Assembly (NCBI GenBank): GCA_030647355.1
Contig: JAUSIS010000013.1
Span: 177,165-241,164 of the forward strand
Length of the DNA stretch: 64,000 bases
Origin: a bacterium
GTDB lineage: Bacteria > Patescibacteriota > UBA1384 > VFKW01
Reading direction: 5' to 3'
The notes beneath the pieces were generated by a model. The model was not told the DNA's origin. It worked only from the letters and a program-made list of their open reading frames with translations, and searched no databases. This document shows positions 1 to 9,996 of the stretch, piece by piece; the first letter of the stretch is position 1; the number at the start of each line of letters is the position of its first letter. The position numbers and the translations under genes are program-made.

Positions 1-77
1 AACCCGTTAAGCTGGCCTTTTTAAATGTGTAAAAATGTGCTATAATCACTAAATATAAATTTTTCAAAAGGAGAAGA

Positions 78-1697
78 ATGCCTAAAGCAAAACAAACCAA
101 ATATATTTTTGTCACCGGAGGCGTTCTTTCCGGGCTCGGTAAAGGCATCACCGCCGCTTCCATCGGAAACATCTTAAAAGCGCGCGGTTTTTCAATTTAC
201 ATGCAAAAATTCGACCAATACTTAAACGTTGACGCCGGCACCCTAAACCCGGGTGAACACGGGGAATGTTTCGTCACCGACGACGGCGCCGAAACAGACC
301 TCGATCTCGGTCATTACGAGCGATTTACCGATACCAGTTTATCCAAGAATTCCTCAATCATGACCGGCCAAATCTATCAATCAATCCTCGAGAAAGAAAG
401 AAATGGCCAATTTTTAGGCAAAACTATCCAGGTCATTCCCCATGTAACCAATGAAGTCAAAGAACGCATCAAAAAAGCTGCTAAAGAATCCGATTGCGAC
501 ATCTTAATCACCGAAATCGGCGGCACGATAGGGGATTACGAGGGCATGCATTTTATCGAAGCTATTCGCCAAATGCCCTATGACGTTGGGCATGATAATG
601 TTTTATATGTCCATGTCGGTTTTCTCCCATACTTGGAAGTTACTGAAGAATTAAAGAGCAAACCGATTCAAAACTCCGTTCACGACTTGCAAGCCATGGG
701 TATTCACCCCGATGTCATCATGTGCCGTGCCGATCATGTCGTCAGCGAAAATATCCTCAAGAAAGTCGCCCTTTTCTGCGGCGTTGACAAAGACGCCGTC
801 ATCCCGCTGGAAACCGTGCAGAGCGTCTACGAAGTCCCTTTGATCCTGGAAAAATACCAATTGGACAAATTAATTACCAAAAAACTCTGCCTACCCGATA
901 AAAATGGTCGCCAAGACGACTGGGCAAATCTTGTCAAAAAAATCAAGGCACCAAAAAACAAAAAAGTCACCATCGGCCTAGTCGGCAAATACATGGGCAT
1001 GAAAGATACCTATCTCTCCATCACCGAAGCAGTTAAAGCTGCAGCATTTTATTATGAAGCCGATCTTGATATTCAATGGATAGATTCCGAAGAGGTTGAA
1101 AAGAAAGGCACCGATCTGCTAAAAAAAGTTGACGGCATCCTGGTTCCCGGCGGCTTCGGCAACCGCGGCATCGAAGGCAAAATCACCGCTGCCAAATATG
1201 CCCGTGAAAACAACATTCCCTATCTTGGACTTTGCTTAGGACTACAAATCGCCGTGATTGAATTTGCCAGAAATGTCTGCAATCTCAAAGGTGCTCATTC
1301 AACGGAAATGGATCCTAAAACACCTTATCCGGTTATTCATATCATGCCCGAACAAGAAAAACTGCTCGAAGGCAATCAATACGGCGGCACCATGCGTCTC
1401 GGCGCCTATCCCTGCATTTTGAAAGATAAAAGTAAAGCCCTGGAACTCTATGGAGAGAAAAAGATCTCCGAGCGCCATCGCCATAGATATGAAGTGAACA
1501 ATAAATACCGCTCCGAGCTGGAAAAATGTGGCCTAGTCTTTTCCGGTACCTCCCCAAGCGGGCACCTGGCAGAAATCATCGAACTCCCCAATAATCGATT
1601 TTTCATGGCTTCACAATTCCACCCTGAATTCAAATCCAGACCCAATAGGCCGCATCCGCTTTTTGCCGGTTTCATAAAAGCCACAATAAAAAGTTAG
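78..1697 (+). CDS. pyrG: CTP synthase
   Basis: N-terminal FVTGGVLSGLGKG, ETDLDLGHYERF; glutaminase domain GLCLG, ERHRHRYEVN, QFHPEF; AAGGAG RBS. Confidence 0.99.
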   Translation: MPKAKQTKYIFVTGGVLSGLGKGITAASIGNILKARGFSIYMQKFDQYLNVDAGTLNPGEHGECFVTDDGAETDLDLGHYERFTDTSLSKNSSIMTGQIYQSILEKERNGQFLGKTIQVIPHVTNEVKERIKKAAKESDCDILITEIGGTIGDYEGMHFIEAIRQMPYDVGHDNVLYVHVGFLPYLEVTEELKSKPIQNSVHDLQAMGIHPDVIMCRADHVVSENILKKVALFCGVDKDAVIPLETVQSVYEVPLILEKYQLDKLITKKLCLPDKNGRQDDWANLVKKIKAPKNKKVTIGLVGKYMGMKDTYLSITEAVKAAAFYYEADLDIQWIDSEEVEKKGTDLLKKVDGILVPGGFGNRGIEGKITAAKYARENNIPYLGLCLGLQIAVIEFARNVCNLKGAHSTEMDPKTPYPVIHIMPEQEKLLEGNQYGGTMRLGAYPCILKDKSKALELYGEKKISERHRHRYEVNNKYRSELEKCGLVFSGTSPSGHLAEIIELPNNRFFMASQFHPEFKSRPNRPHPLFAGFIKATIKS

Positions 1698-1797
1698 TTG
1701 CTTCTCAAGCTAAGTCCAAACAATTAAAAAGAGGGGACTGCATGTGCCAAAACACACCACAGCCCCCATAATCATAAAACAGTTTCCCGTCAGCTCA

Positions 1798-3171
1798 TTA
1801 CTCAGATGGCACAGGAATCGGATAGTCGCCATCGAAACACGCCATACAAAACTGATCCTTCGGACAGCGTGTCGCTTCTATCGTGCTCTCCTGGCTCAAG
1901 TAGTTAAGCTGATCGGCGCCGATATAGTCGCGTACTTCCTCAATCGTCTTATCAGCCGCGATCAGCTCGCCGCGCGTTGACATTGCAATCCCATAGAAGC
2001 AGGGATACTTAACCGGCGGCGCCACCACCTCAACCTCCACCCGCAACGCCCCTGCGTCCTTCAGCATGGCAACCGTACCGCCGGTTGTATTTGCTCGGAC
2101 AATGCTGTCTTCCACTTCGGCCAGTCGCTTGCCTGCCACCATTGGCTCTAGAGCCGCGTATTTGTGGCGTACCAAGTCATCCCACCCATCAGGTGCGATG
2201 AACGTTCGACCAAGGTACCGATTCTTGGCAAAACCGTAACCAAACGGTACTCCAGACGCCTCGGCAAAACCGACTGCCGCATGATTGCCCGACTCCGGTA
2301 CCGGTATTACTTTGTCCAGATTAACCGGCTTACATTGCCTCGCCAAGTTCTGGCCTAGCCGATGCCGCACTTCACACACCCACTGGCCCATCATCACACT
2401 ATCCGGCCGGGAAAAGTAGATGAACTCGAAAATGCACAATTTCCGTTTGGCCTCAACCGGCAATTGATAGTGGAACCGATTCCGCCCGTCAATCACCAGC
2501 ATCTCACCGGGAGCTATCTCTCGCGTCGTCTCTGCCCTAAGAAATCCGAAGGCACATGTCTCCGAGGTCAGCAAATAAAACTCCTCGCCCCGTTCGTTTC
2601 TCGATCGCCCCAGATAGAGCGGACGAATGCCAAATGGGTCACGCACCCCGATAAGCTTCCCTTCCGCCAATACCAGAAGCGCATACGAGCCTTCGATTGA
2701 CATACAGGTCTCTATCACTGCTTCCTCGATCGTAGGTGCCGTTGATCGGGAAATCATCGCCGCGATAATCTCCGTATCGCTCGTTGATTCAAACTCGACG
2801 CCCTCCGCCTCCAATTCCTTGCGCAACTCAGCGCTCTTGGGCAGATTGCCATTGTGCACAACCGCAACTTTCCGGCGATCAGTCCTGTAATGGGGATGTG
2901 CATTCAGCAATACTGATTCCCCAGTCGTACTGTAACGCACATGGCCGATCGCCACCGTACCCGGTAATGACTGGATTATATCCTTAGTCAACCCGGTAGT
3001 GACCAAACCGCATCGCTTTTCTGTTCGGATCGTTCCATTGTCCCACGCCGCCTCACCTGCCGCTTCCTGGCCCCGATGCTGGAGCATGTACAATCCCGTA
3101 TACGTATAAGCCGCCGGCAAAAATGGCGTATCGCACTTACTCACCGTCGCTACACCGAACACACCACACAT
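1798..3171 (-). CDS. purF: Amidophosphoribosyltransferase
   Basis: Ntn N-terminal MCGVFG, QHRGQE, GHVRYST, HNGN, SDTE, CIFEFIYFSRPDS, PRPP-type EDSIVR, FCMACF. Confidence 0.97.
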   Translation of the reverse strand: MCGVFGVATVSKCDTPFLPAAYTYTGLYMLQHRGQEAAGEAAWDNGTIRTEKRCGLVTTGLTKDIIQSLPGTVAIGHVRYSTTGESVLLNAHPHYRTDRRKVAVVHNGNLPKSAELRKELEAEGVEFESTSDTEIIAAMISRSTAPTIEEAVIETCMSIEGSYALLVLAEGKLIGVRDPFGIRPLYLGRSRNERGEEFYLLTSETCAFGFLRAETTREIAPGEMLVIDGRNRFHYQLPVEAKRKLCIFEFIYFSRPDSVMMGQWVCEVRHRLGQNLARQCKPVNLDKVIPVPESGNHAAVGFAEASGVPFGYGFAKNRYLGRTFIAPDGWDDLVRHKYAALEPMVAGKRLAEVEDSIVRANTTGGTVAMLKDAGALRVEVEVVAPPVKYPCFYGIAMSTRGELIAADKTIEEVRDYIGADQLNYLSQESTIEATRCPKDQFCMACFDGDYPIPVPSE

Positions 3172-3391
3172 TGTCCTCTCCTCCTGGTTGACCGTATATT
3201 TTTGTCAAGGAACCACATTTCAATTCCTATCTTCCCACTGCCACACTATCATGAGTTTGTCTTAATGGAAACCCAATAATCATTTTTAAACTAAACCAAT
3301 ATGTTGTAGCCCAAGCTTTAGCTTATTTTTTCCAACCAAAAAGACGAAACTTCTCAATCTCGTCTTTTCGTACTTCTTACTGCTTACTTTC

Positions 3392-3583
3392 TTACTGCTT
3401 ATCTTTGTAGCACTCGCATTCGCATTCACCGGTCGTGCAACATTTGCATTGGCACTGGCAGCGTTTCCCTAGATCGCAAACATTGCCTACATGCTCTAGT
3501 TTCTCGTCCACTTCCGGCTTTCTATTTCGCAAAAAGCCCAATATCTCATCCAATTTAGCCAGAATCTCCTCGTCTTTATCCAT
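3392..3583 (-). CDS. Small Cys-rich protein, metallothionein-like C-terminus
   Basis: 63 aa, CAGGAGG RBS just before ATG, 9 Cys in the last ~28 aa, hairpin downstream at ~3339-3368. Confidence 0.65.
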   Translation of the reverse strand: MDKDEEILAKLDEILGFLRNRKPEVDEKLEHVGNVCDLGKRCQCQCKCCTTGECECECYKDKQ

Positions 3584-3634
3584 ATGCCTCCTGATAATTA
3601 TTTACTCTCTAACTATAACACAAACGTCAATACC

Positions 3635-5650
3635 CTACAGGCTGGGCGGTGGCGCAGGCGGAGTTTCGACAACAGGAGTAGCCACCGGAACCGGTACCGG
3701 CGCTACAGGCACAGGTTTAGTCCCCACTAAATACTTCGCTCCCCAGGGCTTGAATTTACTGTTAAAAGTCTGTTTATTGATCTCTTGCCCGCCCCTCACC
3801 ACAGAGTAATTAACCACTACTGTCGCTCCCGGGTGCGATCCTTCCAGTTGCTGTGTCTGCCCAACAAACAATGTATCGGTATTAATATACTGGGCCGCGG
3901 GCGCCGGAATAACATTTGATATCGCAGGAGTCGAAATCGTCGCCACTCTTCCGTCTTTTGTCCCCCAAAAATCAAATGTTAATTTATTGCCTTCAACTCT
4001 TCCTTGCACTAAAATCCACGCTCCCGTATCATTCACAAACCTCAAATCAGGATGGGGCCCGTAAATCGTCGAATCCAATCCCGGGCCTAAATATTTTCCA
4101 TTCCCATCCGTCTCATAATAACCCACCCGATAAGCATGATTCTTCCGTTCCGTAATCTTCAATCCTGAATATAAAGCTGACCGAAATAGGGTAGAAGACA
4201 CCTGGCACAAACCTCCTCCATATTCCGGAATCGTCTGCGAGCCCTTAATAACCAGCCCCTGAACAAACCCGCTTGAGGCATCAACATTGCCAATTGCTTT
4301 AACTGTAGAAAATTCTTCCCCCGGTTTTATAAGCGTCCCCGTTACAATCCTGGCCCCGTTTGCAATATTATGCTTACGTGCATCACTGCTTCCCTTAAAA
4401 TTAGTCGCCCCACTACCGACTATCTCCTTTATTCCCAAATTCATATAATTAGCTTCCGTAACGTCGGGCTCCACCACCTTTACAGCCAGCTCTATATCCG
4501 ATTGCTGACCATCCTGAATTGCCCCTATAATCGGACCTAAGCTGGCATCTTGATCAAAAACATATCCTTCTTTACTCGGTGCCGTCACAGTCAGAACCCC
4601 GTTTGCATCCATACTCAACCTGGCATTCTGCGGCGCTCCGTCAATGTCTTTCGATATCTTTTTCAAATATGACTTGACTTCCTGCTGATCGACATAAGAG
4701 GTCAATTGATATTGGCCTGGAGCACCTTCAACACCAACTGATTTGAATTTTATCCAGTTCGAAAATGTATCGGTCCCCACTACCCAAGCCCCCTTCTGCC
4801 ATTTCAGACTCAATTTACTCTTAAGCATCGTCAAAACCTGCTGGCGGGCATTTTCTGTATCTCCTAATGTCACCTTAGGATGGGAAGTAAAAACTTGGAC
4901 CAAAACCTTCTTTTTTACCATATTATCAAAATTTCGCTTAATTGATTTCTCCAGAGCAACTTTATCCACTCTCAAGCCAGTTCTCTCTTGGACGAAGGTA
5001 ACATTGTTGTTTTTTATCACGCCTGTCGCATCTTTTTCCGGAATATCAACATCCTCCGCTATCTTGCTGACAAAACCATCAAATGCTTCCTTGTCAAAAC
5101 TATACACTGGCAATACCTTGCTAGCCCTGCCTAGAGCCGCTAGGCGACTCCCTAATCGCCTCCAGAAGGTTTTCTCCCTCCCTACCCCATAAACTGCCCT
5201 TGCAGTTTTTGTGGCATCATAGGAAAGCTTGATGTCGCTCAAGGGCAATTCCCAATCTTTATCCTGATACTGAACCGCTATTGTCTCTCCTTCAAACTCC
5301 CTCACCCGTTGACCAACAACTTTTTCAATATCCCGTAACGGCCTACTCCCCACATTCATCCCTGCCATAACTACTCTCGGATACGACTTCTCTCTATAAG
5401 AAAGAATATATATTCCATAAATAATAGCTAAGAGACAGACCGCTAGCACCATAAGTGAACCCCACCGGTAATAACTGGCTTTACCCCTATCTGTTTTTCT
5501 TAAAGATAGACCCAATGCACCCAGAGAGATAAAACTCAAAATAGCCGCTAAATAGTATTTCGCTTTAGCTGGTTTCAAATATCTTCTAATTACCCAAAAA
5601 ACGTCCCATCCCTGTTTCTTGGGTTCTTTTTTGACTTTTTTCTTTGCCAC
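3635..5650 (-). CDS. VanW family protein with peptidoglycan-binding (PG_binding_4-like) region
   Basis: N-terminal TM helices; VanW motifs RKHNI, IKPGEEFS, YGGGLCQVSSTLFR, ERKNHAY, DLRFVNDT; Pro-rich tail; AGGAG RBS. Confidence 0.92.
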   Translation of the reverse strand: MAKKKVKKEPKKQGWDVFWVIRRYLKPAKAKYYLAAILSFISLGALGLSLRKTDRGKASYYRWGSLMVLAVCLLAIIYGIYILSYREKSYPRVVMAGMNVGSRPLRDIEKVVGQRVREFEGETIAVQYQDKDWELPLSDIKLSYDATKTARAVYGVGREKTFWRRLGSRLAALGRASKVLPVYSFDKEAFDGFVSKIAEDVDIPEKDATGVIKNNNVTFVQERTGLRVDKVALEKSIKRNFDNMVKKKVLVQVFTSHPKVTLGDTENARQQVLTMLKSKLSLKWQKGAWVVGTDTFSNWIKFKSVGVEGAPGQYQLTSYVDQQEVKSYLKKISKDIDGAPQNARLSMDANGVLTVTAPSKEGYVFDQDASLGPIIGAIQDGQQSDIELAVKVVEPDVTEANYMNLGIKEIVGSGATNFKGSSDARKHNIANGARIVTGTLIKPGEEFSTVKAIGNVDASSGFVQGLVIKGSQTIPEYGGGLCQVSSTLFRSALYSGLKITERKNHAYRVGYYETDGNGKYLGPGLDSTIYGPHPDLRFVNDTGAWILVQGRVEGNKLTFDFWGTKDGRVATISTPAISNVIPAPAAQYINTDTLFVGQTQQLEGSHPGATVVVNYSVVRGGQEINKQTFNSKFKPWGAKYLVGTKPVPVAPVPVPVATPVVETPPAPPPSL

Positions 5651-5754
5651 TTCTCTCCTTGTAGCTCTTCAATCGAATTGTACCGCCCAATCTCTCCTTT
5701 GTCAAAACCCACTTGTTAAAACGGCCGCCGCCACTCTTCTTTACCTCTTCCTGC

Positions 5755-6168
5755 TCTAAAAACAGGATGTGCCTTAAAAAGACATCTCGCAAATTTATAA
5801 GCTTGGTCTCTTTTCCTTTTCTTCAAGATTGAAATATGGTGTTTGAGAGGTATCTCGGAGGCATACTCGCCTCCTTTCTCTAAAAAACGAAATATGCTTT
5901 ATTAAAGGTCTCTCGCAGGTGAAGCAAGCTCAGTCTTTCTCGGTCCCATTTCTCTTCCAACCAAGAAGAATGTTGTCTTTCGAGAGGTATCTCGTAGGTC
6001 GAGAGGGCAATCGTCACTTCTCCCCTTCTAAAAACAGAATATGCATTGAAAAGACATCTCGGAGGTTTGCAAGCTTGGTTCCGCCAGCCGGCGGATTGCA
6101 AACCGAGAGTAAGCGCCGTTTGCCGCTGGAGCAAACGGACGCGGTCTTTGAAAAGCATATCCTGTTTT
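5755..6168. repeat. Degenerate five-unit tandem repeat ending in a ~140-bp branched inverted repeat
   Basis: TCTCG cores at ~5785, 5853, 5911, 5990, 6057 in similar context; 6031-6044 AAAACAGAATATGC is near-complementary to 6155-6168 GCATATCCTGTTTT. Confidence 0.75.
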
Positions 6169-6174
6169 ATCTCT

Positions 6175-6408
6175 TTATTCTCCCCTCAAAATCTCCTGCA
6201 AAACAGCCCTTGCCAGATTTTCCCGCCTCTTTTCCATCTTTTTATCACAAATGAGTTCGCTGTAGATCGCATCGCCTTCTTGAGCATCTTTATCCAAAAA
6301 ACGCCTCGGCACTACCAATTCTTGCCCCTCATACAAAAGCACCGCCTTTGCCCCCTCAAATCTATCTAAGATGAAATATAATTCTTTTGAATTAATTCTT
6401 TGGGACAA
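6175..6408 (-). CDS. DUF3006-like small protein
   Basis: ILDRFEGAKAVL...VPRRFLDKDAQEGD pattern; GGAGG RBS. Confidence 0.8.
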   Translation of the reverse strand: MSQRINSKELYFILDRFEGAKAVLLYEGQELVVPRRFLDKDAQEGDAIYSELICDKKMEKRRENLARAVLQEILRGE

Positions 6409-6422
6409 GTTGACCTCCGTTA

Positions 6423-6537
6423 CAAATCCAAAATTCGAATTTCAAATATCAAATCAATACCCAAGCCCAAAATCCAAATCTTGACATTTAGCCATTTGGG
6501 CTTCATTTGGCATTGAAAATTGGAAATTTGACATTAA
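6423..6537. repeat. AT-rich imperfect palindrome built from ~7-nt units (CAAATCC/GATTTG type)
   Basis: CAAAT-rich left half, ATTTG-rich right half; similar element at 8612-8727. Confidence 0.6.
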
Positions 6538-6582
6538 ATCTCCCTCAGTACTTATCAGCTTAATTCTTACCAGCTTATTAGC

Positions 6583-8595
6583 TTATTTCACTATAAACCT
6601 GACAATCAGCAGCGCCACAATATTCAACACCTTAATCATCGGATTGATCGCCGGACCGGCTGTATCTTTGTAAGGATCGCCAACCGTATCGCCCGTAACC
6701 GCCGCTTTGTGCGCTTCCGAACCTTTTCCGCCCAAATTACCTTCTTCAATGTACTTCTTGGCATTATCCCAAGCCGCCCCGCCAGTTGTCATCGAAATCG
6801 CTACAAACAAACCTGTTATAATCGCTCCGACCAGCATTCCACCCAGCGCCTGCGCGCCCAAGCCGAATCCAACGATAAACGGTGCCGCAATCGGTAACAA
6901 TGCCGGAAAAATCATCTCTCTTTGCGCCGCGGCAGTCACGATATCCACACATCTTGAATAATCCGGCTTTACCTTGCCTTCCATTATCCCTTTTCTCTCC
7001 TTAAACTGACGACGCACTTCCTGTACTACCGCACCGGCCGCTTTCCCCACCGCTTCCATCGAAAGCGCCCCAAAGAAGTAGGGGAGTAGTCCCCCGATAA
7101 ATAACCCGATCAATACTTTCGGTTCTTCAATCGAGAAACTAATGTGCTTGCCCATGTCGGCAATTTCTTGCGTATATGCAGAAAACAAGACAATCGCCGC
7201 CAATCCCGCCGAGGCAATAGCATAGCCCTTGGTTACCGCTTTGGTCGTATTGCCCACAGCATCCAGTGGATCCGTCACAGCCCGCACCTTATCACCCATC
7301 TCGGCCATCTCGGCAATTCCTCCGGCATTATCAGTAATCGGACCATAAGCATCAATCGCCACAATAATTCCTGTCATGGATAACATAGCAAACGCCGCTA
7401 CTGCCACTCCATATAATTCAGCCAAATTGTATGAAACCAAAACCCCAGCGGCAATCAGAAGGACCGGCCAGAAAGTCGATCTCATAGATAATGCCAAACC
7501 GGCAATAATATTCGTTCCATGCCCCGTAACTGACGCTTCCGCCACTTTCTGAACAGGTCTGTTCTTGGTAGATGTGTAATATTCGGTAATAATCACCATT
7601 CCTGCCGTCACTACCACGCCAACCAACGAACAATAGAACAGATCCATAACTGTCACGCCTTTCAAACCCTTCATCATCCAGTTTGTGATAGGGTAGAAAG
7701 CCGCAATGGCAATAACCGCCGAAACAATCAAGCCTTTATACAACGCTTTCATAATGTCATTATCTTTACCCAACCTGACAAAGAATGTCCCGATAACCGA
7801 AGCCAAAACTGATACCCCGCCCAAAGCTAGAGGATAGAGAACTGCATTCTCATTGTTTTTAAATAGTAAATTACCCAGTAACATCGCCGCTACAGCCGTC
7901 ACCACATAAGTTTCGAACAGATCAGCCGCCATACCCGCGTCATCTCCGACGTTATCGCCTACGTTATCGGCAATAACTGCCGGATTTCTTGGATCATCTT
8001 CCGGAATTCCCGCTTCCAATTTACCGACCAAATCAGCGCCGACATCGGCTGCTTTAGTATAAATTCCGCCTCCCAATCGAGCAAAAATAGAAATAAGCGA
8101 GGCTCCGAATGCCAAACCAATCAAACTCTTAACATCATGCGTAACAGAATAAAAAACCGTCACGCCAAGTAATGCCAAACCCGCTACCAGTAAACCAGTT
8201 ACAGCACCTCCGCGAAATGCCAAAGTTAAAGCTTGTCCTAAACCCTGTCTGGCTTTCTCGGCTGTCCTGACATTAGCTCTAACTGCTACATTCATGCCAA
8301 TATAACCGGCTGCTGCCGATAAAATCGCTCCCACGGCAAAGCCCCAAGCTGTTGTCCAGCCCAGTTGTTTGACAAAACCAATAACTAAAAATAATACTAA
8401 AGCTACCATCGCTACCACGCGATATTGACGATTCAAATATGCCGAAGCGCCCTGCTGAATCGCTAGTGCGATTTCCTGCATTTTCTTGTTGCCAGCATCT
8501 TGTGATAAAACCCAGCGAATTAAATAAACACCATACAAAATGGTGATAATTGAGGCACCGACTGCCAAACGAACAGGTGTAAGCCACTCTGGCAT
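6583..8595 (-). CDS. hppA: Membrane-bound proton-translocating pyrophosphatase, K+-independent type
   Basis: [55 protein letters not shown]; GNTTKA has Lys at the K+-dependence determinant. Confidence 0.97.
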   Translation of the reverse strand: MPEWLTPVRLAVGASIITILYGVYLIRWVLSQDAGNKKMQEIALAIQQGASAYLNRQYRVVAMVALVLFLVIGFVKQLGWTTAWGFAVGAILSAAAGYIGMNVAVRANVRTAEKARQGLGQALTLAFRGGAVTGLLVAGLALLGVTVFYSVTHDVKSLIGLAFGASLISIFARLGGGIYTKAADVGADLVGKLEAGIPEDDPRNPAVIADNVGDNVGDDAGMAADLFETYVVTAVAAMLLGNLLFKNNENAVLYPLALGGVSVLASVIGTFFVRLGKDNDIMKALYKGLIVSAVIAIAAFYPITNWMMKGLKGVTVMDLFYCSLVGVVVTAGMVIITEYYTSTKNRPVQKVAEASVTGHGTNIIAGLALSMRSTFWPVLLIAAGVLVSYNLAELYGVAVAAFAMLSMTGIIVAIDAYGPITDNAGGIAEMAEMGDKVRAVTDPLDAVGNTTKAVTKGYAIASAGLAAIVLFSAYTQEIADMGKHISFSIEEPKVLIGLFIGGLLPYFFGALSMEAVGKAAGAVVQEVRRQFKERKGIMEGKVKPDYSRCVDIVTAAAQREMIFPALLPIAAPFIVGFGLGAQALGGMLVGAIITGLFVAISMTTGGAAWDNAKKYIEEGNLGGKGSEAHKAAVTGDTVGDPYKDTAGPAINPMIKVLNIVALLIVRFIVK

Positions 8596-8611
8596 ACTGC
8601 TCCTTTCTTAA

Positions 8612-8727
8612 TAAATCCAAATGGCAAAATCCTAATTTCCCAATCAAAATCCAAATTTGTAAAAGTCAAAAATTTGAACTTGGGGTTTGAACTTAATTCG
8701 GCATTTGCCATTAGAAATTTGAAATTC
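8612..8727. repeat. AT-rich imperfect palindrome of ~7-nt units
   Basis: AAATCCAAATGGCAAAATCC...GCATTTGCCATTAGAAATTTG; same style as 6423-6537. Confidence 0.6.
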
Positions 8728-8783
8728 TATTATTTCCCCTTAAATTTACCAAAATATCGCTCATCTGTCAAACGCCTTCAATT

Positions 8784-8812
8784 GTCATTGCGAGGCAATG
8801 CCGAAGCAATCT
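8784..8812 (+). repeat. GTCATTGCGAG...GCAATC palindromic-element half copy (RPE/REP-like)
   Basis: GTCATTGCGAGGCAATGCCGAAGCAATCT; related copies at 20063, 22067, 22562, 23734, 58188. Confidence 0.8.
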
Positions 8813-8961
8813 TTCCTCCTCCACCAACACATGCAATTGATTTTTCCCGTTTTTTAATATAAAATCAACCCAGCCAATAAGAGTAAGGATTAATCCTTGC
8901 CGCCTGAGATCCTGGGATTTATTCCAGGACCAAATCCAGGTCAATTTGGAGGATTCGTACC

Positions 8962-9801
8962 TTGAAAGAGTTAGGTAAAAAGATCAGCGTACCGACACTC
9001 GTAGGAAGCTTCAGTTCTGACGGAGGCATTGCCGGCAAGAGCGTTCCGTTCACAATTCGAGATGAACGAGCTCGCGGTGGACTTATCGAGATTGACCTCG
9101 GGTATCTCGATCCCGGGATCAAGGAAAAACTATTCGCTCTACCCTGGGAAACCGACGACTACCTTGACTTCAACGGGGGACCCCAGATTAGATCCAGCCG
9201 CCGGGGAGAGTTCCAAACCACCGCCGCTCAACTTCTCGCTCTGATTGCTCCTTGCTGGGGTATGACAATCGAGAACATGTCAATCAATGACCCTCGACCG
9301 GAGCAATTCTTCGAAGAAGGTAAGACGCGTTTCCCATATGCAATCTCCGTCACACAGAAGATGCGAGAGGTGGTTATAGAAAGCCAACTCCGTCCACTAC
9401 TAATGGCTCTCTGCCAAGCAACACAACTTCTGCATTACTGCGACTCCATCCAGGACCCAGCAACTCCCCCGCAGAAGCACGACTTCGTCGTCGAGATCAT
9501 GAGGGACATTACGAGAGATCGGCACTTGATACCGTCCAATGATCGTGAGACTTTCAATGAACACTTCTTCCTTTGCGGAGAGAAAGTCAAGGTAGAGAAT
9601 GATCTGCATCACGATCTTGCATGTTGTGTCGCCGATTGGGATTCCAACCCATTCCCGGACGACAAGAGCAACCGAACCGTCGGGCATTTTCTGAGAACGG
9701 TGATCGAATGGCTGTGCCAGAGACACCACCTCGACTTCTCTCTATACCAAGCAGCTATCATCAATTACGCTGACTTGCTCGAAGCACTAAAGACCGACTA
9801 A
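8962..9801 (+). CDS. Hypothetical protein (GC-rich)
   Basis: 279-aa ORF, GGAGG RBS before TTG, followed by a terminator; no motif recognised. Confidence 0.75.
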   Translation: MKELGKKISVPTLVGSFSSDGGIAGKSVPFTIRDERARGGLIEIDLGYLDPGIKEKLFALPWETDDYLDFNGGPQIRSSRRGEFQTTAAQLLALIAPCWGMTIENMSINDPRPEQFFEEGKTRFPYAISVTQKMREVVIESQLRPLLMALCQATQLLHYCDSIQDPATPPQKHDFVVEIMRDITRDRHLIPSNDRETFNEHFFLCGEKVKVENDLHHDLACCVADWDSNPFPDDKSNRTVGHFLRTVIEWLCQRHHLDFSLYQAAIINYADLLEALKTD

Positions 9802-9816
9802 GAACCCAGCCTCAAC

Positions 9817-9853
9817 GCCCCGCCCTTTCCCGGTAAAGAGCGGGGCTCTTTTT
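9817..9853 (+). terminator. Intrinsic terminator
   Basis: GCCCCGC...GCGGGGC stem followed by T run. Confidence 0.75.
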
Positions 9854-9996
9854 ATACCATCCACCAAGATCTCCAATATCACGATCCTCAAATAAACCCG
9901 TTTCTTCCTAAGTGTTGACCTAACTAAAAACTGCTATAAAATTAAGCCGAACAGCACCTTGACGTTTTAATCAATCCAACCTACGGAGGTCAACTC

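Noticed and set aside
5755-6080. Possible CRISPR array (60-80-bp periodicity)
   Set aside because: Units are too degenerate, spacers are not clearly unique, and no cas genes are in the window; kept as a degenerate repeat
5586-6369. Several 68-111-aa ORFs
   Set aside because: They overlap the repeat/hairpin region or real genes; no RBS or protein-like features
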